Source: Octopus bimaculoides
Lineage: Eukaryota
DNA: 64,000 bases
Reading direction: 5' to 3'
Assembly: GCF_001194135.2 (NCBI RefSeq)
Contig: NC_068988.1
Coordinates: forward strand, 24,522,296 to 24,586,295
The translations under genes and the position numbers were made by a program. The notes beneath the pieces were generated by a model, which was not told where the DNA came from, did not search any database, and was given only the letters and a program-made list of their open reading frames with translations. Numbering within the stretch: the first letter of the stretch is position 1; the number at the start of each line of letters is the position of its first letter. Of this stretch, positions 27,751-37,800 are shown piece by piece.

Positions 27751-27968
27751 AGGCGACGAGGTGCCAGACTCACTGGTAGCACGCCGGACAAAATGCTTAG
27801 CGGCATTTCGTTCGTCTTTACGTTCTGACTTTAAATTCTCCAGAGGTCGACTTTGCTTTTCATTACTTTCGGGGTCGATAAAATTAATACCAGTTGAATA
27901 ATGGGGTTGATGTAATCGACTTATCCCTTCCTCTAAATTGCTTTCCTTGCGTCAAAATTTGAAACCAC
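27751..27968 (+). mobile_element. SINE family A between two RTE fragments
   Basis: Head, core and ccaaaatttgaaacc tail. Confidence 0.88.
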
Positions 27969-27969
27969 T

Positions 27970-28460
27970 GTCAGGAACGGTACTGCAAGTCCCTTTCTCA
28001 AATTAAGAAGACTGTGGAAAGCTCACACGATCAATATAAGGATCAAAATCCAGCTGTTGCCAAACATCGATTTCTCTAAACTTCTCTATGGCTGTGAGTC
28101 ATGACCTCTGACTAAGGCACTGCGGAGGAAATTGAACACCTTCTGGTAAAGATGCCCGAGTAATATGTATTACATTTCATAGAGAGTTGTGTCACCAGCC
28201 TGAAAGTAAGAAGAGTATCATGGCTCTGTTGCATGCAATAAGTGATCACTAGGATGATGAAGAGGATTAGGTATGTGATCAGAATGGATCCCTCTCGACT
28301 TTCATACAAATGTCTCCAGTGGTCTCCACAGGATCCAGGAAGAAAGGGCGTCCGAAGAAGAAATGTCTGAAAGGAATGAAAGAAAATTTCGCAAGTAATG
28401 TCAAAATTTGGGATGACGCTTGAGACTTGGCAATTGAAGGAGACGATTGGGAATCTCTGG
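27970..28460 (+). mobile_element. RTE-like LINE 3' fragment
   Basis: LKLRRLWKAHTINIRIKIQL...LLYGCES*PLTKALRRKLNTFW*RC..., then GSRKKGRPKKKC; RTE post-RT motifs. Confidence 0.75.
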
Positions 28461-31004
28461 AAAGGTTTAATTGACTAACAAATTAAAACTATAATTTAGT
28501 TTTAAAATTTTAACTTTAGAATTTAGTCGTATTTGTTTAAAACTTTTCTTCCAAAGTCCACCACTTATTTTTTTTTTTTTTTGTCCGAAGCCGAAAACGA
28601 TCGACACCCTCTTGGTCACTAATATTTTTATAACCTTATTTACTGAAATTCGGGTACATTTCTTCACTGTCTACAACAGCTGTATGTTGCATATTATGTT
28701 TCCTCCACTACATTTTCATTTCTAGAGAAACCGTAGCATCTTATTATCTCTGTAAAATAACATCCGGGTGACCATAAGTTTTAATGGATTATTGGATTAA
28801 AGTCAGAGATAACATTACGTAAAAATGTTTCGTTCACATTTTGAGTCATGGACAAATCTGTTTATTTTAGGATTATCGACAGGATGTTTTTCAACCATCT
28901 GTAGGACAATTAAATAATGTGAGTATCGAATTTCTCAAGCAGCTTTGCTAGGGTTTACTTGTTCAGCATCAATTTTAAAGTGTTCTTTTGAAAAAATGGA
29001 TTCAACTATTGTAACAGTCAAATGCTAAGAGCGAATAGACAGTGAGGAAATTGTTGGGAGTGAAATAATCGAGAAAGGATTCACTGAGCAATGGACTGAT
29101 TGAGCTATATTTTTAGTCCGGCATGGTGTCCGAAATCCCCCTCCACACCAGAGCGGAGGAGAAGATATTTGCTCAGAGTGATGCGCAGTGGGATTGAACT
29201 GGGAACTAAATGCTTACAAAGCGAGCCTTTTAGGTGAAGAAATCCCACTAGATGCTAAATAACCTTACAGTGAGTTTTTATTTGCAATCGCATCTCCTTA
29301 ACTCACTATACTACGTATGTGTGACTTCACTGCGTATTTATTTAGAATGCAAAACGCTCCTCTGGGATATTTTTCCTCAGCCTTTTACCCCCACAACTAA
29401 TGTCGAAGGTTCTTCAAATGTCATGGTCGCTACTCTACTTCATAATTACTAAACAGTGACAAAGCCATGTAATTCTAACCAAAATTGGTTTTACACGAAA
29501 TCTGAGAGTAACAAAAGGAAATAACTCTGCCTCTAGTTTCTAGTAGTAAAGAAAAATCTCTTGATATGAAGGCAATAACAGAAGTCTTTCACAGCTATTG
29601 TAGGGAATGAGTTGTATGGAATGTATTGTGCGAGCGAAATGAGACGATTGGGCGCCGCTGTTTGGATGCAGACGATTTGGCGCAGCTAACTGGACATTCA
29701 GTCTGTTTTGACGCAAGAGGCAAACACGCGAGCGAGAGCAAGTACAAGTAGAAGCAAACACACACACAGATAGAAAGAGTTTGAGAGGAGAGAAAGGAGA
29801 GAGAGGGAGAGATAGATGTGCAAAGACAGTTATTAATTGAACATTATTCACATAAGCAATTTCATTTTTCTCATGCGTGTAGAGAGAAATACGTTCACAC
29901 AGATGTCAGAAGAAAAGGTGACCAAATGGTTGCACTGCAACTGGGGCACATTTTGTAGCCTGGGCATGTTCAGTCAGGGTTTACGAGTAAATACTTATGT
30001 TTGTTTCCACAAGGAGGTGTGTACTAGAGTAGGAAAATTCATAGTGTAGAGTAAAGCGTTAGCGAATTGAAATAGTTTATCTAGAAATACTATATACGAT
30101 TGATTCACACACAGAAGGTAATACGGATATCTAAAACAATAAACGGGTGGATCAAATTACTTGACGCATTTAATTTCATTCTTTGTATTCTGAATTCAGA
30201 CGTCACAGAGACTGACTTCGATTTTTAGACTCAATCAATACGACCTTCTACCCAACAAATTTGTGGCCTTCCTTCAATACAAGAAATTTTTACTAATGTA
30301 AGATTAAGAAATAAAGTGGTTTGACCAAATAAAGAATGTATTCGGACAAGCGTTTCCTGTATTTAGTTGCATTAATTTGCGTTCAATTTACCTTGTCTTT
30401 GCATAATCAGTGACATTTTATGTACCAGTCACGTACGCGTTATGTGGATTATTCTTAAAATTGACAATTCTTCTCTGTTAAATTGTTCATTGAATATTAC
30501 CGAAAACCATGAATCTTTGATGATGCTACAGATACACGAGGCGCATTCCAGAAGATTTTAGACTTTTATAGGAGGGATAGTTATAACTGTACTAGATTGT
30601 TATAATTTTAGGTCATCATTATTGTAGATCTACTAAAGTTGACCTGCCAGCTATTGTTATTCCAAATTGAAGGAGAAAGCTGGTGTTGAGACGGATTTCT
30701 TCGCCACCTACAACAGCTTTATGTTGTAGATTATATTCCTTAACTATATTTTCATTTATATTTTGTATTTCATGATTATAAATTTTCATTTATGAAGAGT
30801 TAATGACATTTTGTCGGAGCATTTACCATCCCCATTAAAAGCTTCTTATGTGTATCCTAACTGTAACACAAGAAATGAATGAAGCGACTTTCACGTCCCC
30901 ACAAATATTCCAATTGTGATTCTCGTATTTGCTGGGCGCTGACAGATTTCTTACGATCTCTTAACTTTCTTTCAGACCCGTTCCAAGCTCTGTAAATATT
31001 GATT

Positions 31005-31285
31005 TCAAATTTTGAGGGATAAGTCGATTACATCCACCCCAATGCTTCACTGGCACTTATTTTTATCAATGCCGAATGATAAAAGGCAAAGCAGACCTCG
31101 ACAGAATTTGAACTCAGAACTGACATTGTAACGACTCTGCCTGATAGTTAACATTGGTACAATACCACACGTTTTCAAGGAGGTGTTACAATTGATTGCA
31201 CTGACTCCAGTACTTGACCGCTACTTCATTTTATTGATCCGGGACAGAGAAATGCAAAGGCGAAATCGGCGAGATTTGAACTTAG
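31005..31285 (-). mobile_element. Two partial SINE family A copies
   Basis: Reverse core ttatcaatgccgaatgataaaaggcaaagcagacctcg...gaatttgaactcagaa. Confidence 0.75.
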
Positions 31286-31600
31286 TATATTCAATTTTGT
31301 AACTAAACACAGCAAGGCATGTTGTTTGCGGTTCTTGCATTTCTAACACAAACACACTACTACAAACGCACGCGCAGAAGAACCCCTGCCCACTCACACA
31401 GATGAATGTATTTATATATATATGTGTGTACGTATGTATGTTTTTATGTATGCATATATTCATGCATATATGACATGTGTGTATATTTGCATGTACATAT
31501 ACTTGTACGTACGTATATATGTATGTAAGTATCTATGTATGTATATAAACATCTATCTTTTGTAGCTATGTATCTAAGCATGTATGCATGCATATATATA

Positions 31601-31631
<31 letters not shown>

Positions 31632-33537
31632 TTTGTGTCTATCTGTCTGCATGTATGTATGTATGCGTGTTTGCATGTATGTATGTATATATGTATGTAT
31701 GTATGTTTGAATGTTTGTATGTATGTATATATGTATGTTTGTTTGTGTGTATGTATGTCATCATTCAGTTTTATTTGAAGATTTCTTGCCAACAGAGAAA
31801 GAGCCGGTTTCTAACCTAGATCCAAGGCTCTAGGTTAGGAATTACAACAACTATGTATGTCTACCTATCTGTGCATTTGTATGTATGTATGTATGTATGT
31901 ATGCATGCTTGTCTCTGTTTTCTATCTGTCTGTCTGTCTGTATGTATGTGTGTGTGTGCGTGTATGTATGTATGTATGCATGTATGTATAATCAAAACAA
32001 CAACAGTTGTCAATTGTTGGTGGGGGACGTACACAAACACAAAGGCACACTCGTACACATATTAATATATGACAAGCTTCCATTGTTGCCGTCTGCCAAC
32101 GTCACTCACAAGACATTGGTCAGTCTTCGGCTACAATAGAAAACACACAGGTTACATACTGTGAGATTGAACTCGAAACTATGTGGTTGCAAACGAGCAT
32201 TTTAACCACACAATCATGTGCACCGGAAGTATATTGGAAAAAGTCGGCGTCAGCATTCGAATACAGAACTTAAACAGTCCCAAGTACAGTTTACATATCA
32301 TTTTACTGTCAATGTATATAAACGGATGTTATTCCAGATGGAATCTGGAAATATAACAGAGAGGAACCTAATGAAAATCAAGAAAGCTGTCTTTAGTTTG
32401 CAAATATTTAATCACTAAATGGGAAAATATATAAAAGTGCAGTTTATGTTAAACATGAATTGTGAAAGCAAAGTCAAGTCCATTGAAATTACAACAGAAA
32501 GAACGTAACTAAACATAAAAGTTGTATGTTAAACGCCATAATATATCAGAAAATTTGCAGAGTTAACTCCCACAAAAAAGAAAGATAATTCATAAATTTT
32601 AAGAAGAGTTATGTCCCCTATAAACAATTCTGATATTACTTCCTGGTCATATTTTAAATGAGTAAACGGATTTCGTACTGTATAAAATACTGTAAAAAAT
32701 AAACATTTATCCGAGATTGGTGCGAGTAGAGGAGATGAGTGTTCAAATTTCATATTTAGTGATCTTTTCCAATAACACTAGAATATTAAAATCGATTTAA
32801 TAATTATCTTAAACTCAGAACGAAACTGCAGACGAAATACCGCTTAGCATTACGTCGCCAGCTCGCCGCCTAAAATCTTAATAATATTGAATTCTTGAAA
32901 TATACTTTGAATGGCTATGGGGGCCCAGTAGAATAAAATAGGGGATCGAAGCCGTCCATTGGCAGAAAATTGTCGAAAACCACTGGACTAAACTCTTCAA
33001 AGAGGTGCTCCAGCATGGCTATAATCCAAAAACTGAAAAAAGTAACGGAATAACAATACAAGTTCGTAATTATTATATTCTGAATTTAATTAAAAGACTC
33101 CGTTTTTCCTATAAAGAAAAGAGAAATAAAACAAACTCATTTAGAAACTCATTAATCGGTAGAGCACAGATAAAATATCAAATAAAATTCATTTATGTCC
33201 CTTACACATTTTGAATTCGAAAAGGTGAAGGTCAATTTTGTCTGTCAGCGTTTTTAAAACTCTACACGTAATTAATTTCGTTCCGTTGCTGCTTACACCA
33301 GTACTTGGTATATTCTTGGTTGATATAAAACCGAAACACGAAATATGGATTTACTAAGTTCAAAATGTATATAAATTATTGAAACTAATTTTTAAAAGAT
33401 TTTCATAGTTATATAATCAAAATGAAATATTCAATAAATTATAATAAAGCTTTATCTTCGTCACGCATGTTTTTTTAATTTTATTTTTGCACAATTACGT
33501 TTAAAGTTTTCGTTCGTTAACAGAAAAAAAAAATACT

Positions 33538-33562
33538 ACTTCCGGTTACTTGTTACTTCCGT
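33538..33562 (+). promoter_or_regulatory. Tandem ETS-type motifs just upstream of the UCHL5 ATG
   Basis: ACTTCCGG at 33538-33545 and ACTTCCGT at 33555-33562, 30-55 bp before the start codon. ETS (CCGGAAGT) sites are typical of TATA-less housekeeping promoters. Function is inferred only. Confidence 0.45.
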
Positions 33563-33593
33563 TAAAATTTTTCAAATCTTAATTTCCAACACA

Positions 33594-33669
33594 ATGTCAG
33601 GTACTGCCGGAGATTGGTGTCTAATAGAAAGCGATCCGGGAGTATTTACGGAACTGATCCGAGGATTCG
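33594..33669 (+). CDS. UCHL5: UCHL5 coding exon 1 (76 nt, ends phase 1)
   Basis: ATG TCA GGT...GGA TTC G|gtaagt; encodes [25 protein letters not shown]. Confidence 0.97.
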
Positions 33670-34803
33670 GTAAGTGGTGCTTTGGAAACCGTCTCTGTAA
33701 AAATCAAAAAAGGCGACGACCATTCAATATCCATATTCAAAGTTTTCATTTATGCTGATCCATGTGGAGTAAATACTACAGTACAACCCCCCCCCCGCCT
33801 CTCTCATACATTCACTTTCTTTCTTCTGCTTCAATGTTTTCATCTTTTCTCCATCTGTGTTAATACCACATATCAGTACAGAATGAATAGGATGTGTGTG
33901 TGTATATATATATATATATNNNNNNNNNNNNNNNNNNNNNNNNNNNNNNNNNNNNNNNNNNNNNNNNNNNNNNNNNNNNNNNNNNNNNNNNNNNNNNNNN
34001 NNNNNNNNNNNNNNNNNNNNNNNNNNNNNNNNNNNNNNNNNNNNNNNNNNNNNNNNNNNNNNNNNNNNNNNNNNNNNNNTATTATTATTATTATTATTAT
34101 ATGTATTTATTTTCTCTAAGTTAATAATTAACTTGGACAAAATAAATTGGTTAATAGATACCAGGGTAGCAAAGATCACAAAATGACTGTGGTGTAACAC
34201 CTGTTTATGAGGTAGAAACTCCTTGTTATTTTGGGTACTTAGATTTAGTAAATGGAGTAAAACGCATATGTTAAATGAATTCATTTAACATATGCGTTTT
34301 ACTCCATTTATTAAATTTATATATATATAGGCATATGATAGGATTGCTTCAATATTTCAAGGGTAGTCTGAAGTATCTAAGCAACCAGGGGATAGTTAAA
34401 TCCGAAGGCACTCCTGGAGATTACTTGTGTGGGTACCGTCTTTGTTAGAAGGTATCCAGAGGCAGGTAATTTATCGTTTAAACCGCAGTTTATAATAATT
34501 AAGTGGAGAATGGAGAAACATTCTCCACTTATATATATATAACAATAATAATATTAGGGATAAAATCCAAAATTACAGGTAAAAACTGAATTAAAATCAA
34601 TTTATTAAAAATTAAAATTAAATTAAGTTTCACAGTATAAAATATATAGAAATATATAGTCATAGGGAAAAGAACCAAGGTCTATGAACTCATCGATGAA
34701 AAACCACTGTCACATATAGAAAAAATTTATAATTAAAAGTACAATAAATAAGTATAATATAATACAAATTAATGAGTTCATAAACCTTGGTTCTTTTCCC
34801 TAA

Positions 34804-34854
<51 letters not shown>

Positions 34855-37800
34855 TTTCGCTTAATCATGTTACATTCATCCGTTATCTCTCTTGTTAATT
34901 CTTTATTAGCAAGACCATATGTCTTAATTCTCATTTAACGGTGGTTTTTTCCACTGTACTAACAGAAAAATTCCTTAGAACTATCACCTAAAGACCTAAC
35001 TCAACTACCAAAATGTGTTGCTATCGTTGTTACCCCACAAATGTTTTTGATTCGCAACATAGGTATTATTAATTCTTTATGTCTCTGTATATAGCGCCGT
35101 TTGTGAAAAACTGCTGTCTCATCTCAATGTATTTTCTTTTGTTTCTCTCTCTCTCTCCCTCTGCCGTGTCGATAGCATTCTGCTGTCACCTCATTCATTC
35201 ACTGGTTCTTATTCTTTTTAAATTTAATTTACCCACGATTCTACCATCACGCCACCTTAATAATAATAAATAGATACTATCAAACTTCTGCCCGATAAGG
35301 GTTGTCTTAGGGCCAAACAACCCATATGTTATTACCGGACTCTGCACTACTTCAGGTTCGGTTTCCACCCACCACGGCTAAACAATCTGATGAGGCCCGG
35401 TTCGACATTCATGACAGTAAAATTGGTTGCTCATACCGAAGCCCTTTTATCGATATTTACACAGATATTCAATGAATCATGCTGCACCTTCTGGTGCTAT
35501 CTATAAGACAACCGACGTTAGTCAATGACAGACTTTCTAACGCAGGGGTTCCCAACCTTATTTTGTTTATGGACTGGGAGCTATCTTATCATCTGCGGAC
35601 CCCATATATACACATGTAAATTTTTGAAATAAAATATTTGTGTGTAGGTTACTAAAAACTGACAATGAAACAATTTCGTTATGTTCATAACACAGATTCC
35701 GAATACAAATCTTGAAAATTTCATAATGGTGGAGGTAAAGAATACGCACACCACCCGTCTTCGGGGTAACCCTAACCACCCGGTGTGTGTATTCTTTACC
35801 TTCGATTTGGCGGAGGTAAAGAATGTGTACACCACCCGTTTTCAGTGGTTTTTTTTTTTTTTCAAGAGATTTTTTGGATTTCTATGTTTTCGATATAGGA
35901 GAATATGATTTTGTCCAAAATTCACGTTTTCAAAATTTTAATTTCCCCCACCTTCACCCCAGTTTCCGTATTTTAACTTTTTTTTCGAAATTTTGTTTTT
36001 AATCCACAGAGATTACGGATCTGGGAAATCTTTTTTTTAACTTTTAATTTTTCTCTAAGAAACACTCNNNNNNNNNNNNNNNNNNNNNNNNNNNNNNNNN
36101 NNNNNNNNNNNNNNNNNNNNNNNNNNNNNNNNNNNNNNNNNNNNNNNNNNNNNNNNNNNNNNNNNNNNNNNNNNNNNNNNNNNNNNNNNNNNNNNNNNNN
36201 NNNNNNNNNNNNNNNNNNNNNNNNNNNNNNNNNNNNNNNNNNNNNNNNNNNNNNNNNNNNNNNNNNNNNNNNNNNNNNNNNNNNNNNNNNNNNNNNNNNN
36301 NNNNNNNNNNNNNNNNNNNNNNNNNNNNNNNNNNNNNNNNNNNNNNNNNNNNNNNNNNNNNNNNNNNNTATTTGTACATACCTTTCTGAATTCCAAAAGA
36401 AGTAAAACTTGTGGCCTCCAACCATGATTGTTAAACTCCAAACAACTCTGTGCCTGAATCTGTTGTATTGAATACCCAAAAGAAACATTTATGAAAATTT
36501 ACTCATAAATATTACGGCGATGTACTTGCATAGCAAGTGACCTGATCTGAGATCGTGTGCTGGAACGAAAACAATTGCAGCGTGGAAGGTGTTTATAAGC
36601 TTTTTAAAATAACACACAAAAACCGTTAGATTCACTTCAACATTTAAATTTAATTTGTCAAAATATTTTCATCGCTTTGAGACCGCAACCATTAAATGTT
36701 GAAGTGAGGCTAACGGTTTTTGTGTTATTTTAAATGGCTTATAAACACCTTCTACGCTGCAATTGTTTTCGTTCCAGCACACAATCTCAGATCAGGTCAC
36801 TTGCTATGTACTCATAAATAAATTTGCAATCATCTATATAAATTGATATCAAAGTTTGTATAAATTGAAATTAAATGCAGGTTCAGTCACAGATCAAGTT
36901 AGTACAGTTTTAACAGTTTTGTGACAACATTAACAAAAAGACAGTTGATTACATGCAGAAACTGTGGAATTTGTGATAATAAAATGTCTTCCTCACCACC
37001 TCACCTCCACCAAAAATTAATTTCTCTTCCAAAGAGAAAGTAGCATTATCTCTTTCTGTCACATTTTCATTAGAATGTAACGAGGCACTCGGTTGTCACA
37101 AAACTGTTAAAACTTTTCAAACATTGTTTTTTAACGGAAAAAAAAAAAAAAAATTCCNNNNNNNNNNNNNNNNNNNNNNNNNNNNNNNNNNNNNNNNNNN
37201 NNNNNNNNNNNNNNNNNNNNNNNNNNNNNNNNNNNNNNNNNNNNNNNNNNNNNNNNNNNNNNNNNNNNNNNNNNNNNNNNNNNNNNNNNNNNNNNNNNNN
37301 NNNNNNNNNNNNNNNNNNNNNNNNNNNNNNNNNNNNNNNNNNNNNNNNNNNNNNNNNNNNNNNNNNNNNNNNNNNNNNNNNNNNNNNNNNNNNNNNNNNN
37401 NNNNNNNNNNNNNNNNNNNNNNNNNNNNNNNNNNNNNNNNNNNNNNNNNNNNNNNNNNNNNNNNNNNNNNNNNNNNNNNNNNNNNNNNNNNNNNNNNNNN
37501 NNNNNNNNNNNNNNNNNNNNNNNNNNNNNNNNNNNNNNNNNNNNNNNNNNNNNNNNNNNNNNNNNNNNNNNNNNNNNNNNNNNNNNNNNNNNNNNNNNNN
37601 NNNNNNNNNNNNNNNNNNNNNNNNNNNNNNNNNNNNNNNNNNNNNNNNNNNNNNNNNNNNNNNNNNNNNNNNNNNNNNNNNNNNNNNNNGAGGTCATTGC
37701 CAGTGCCACTGGACTGACTCCTGTGCACGTGGCATGTAAAAAACACCATTTTGAGTGTGGCCATTGCCAGTGGCCCTTGTGCCGGTGGCACCTAAAAGCA

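Noticed and set aside
35381-35410. Isolated CTGATGAG (hammerhead half-core)
   Set aside because: No downstream GAAA with a closing stem II or stem I partner.
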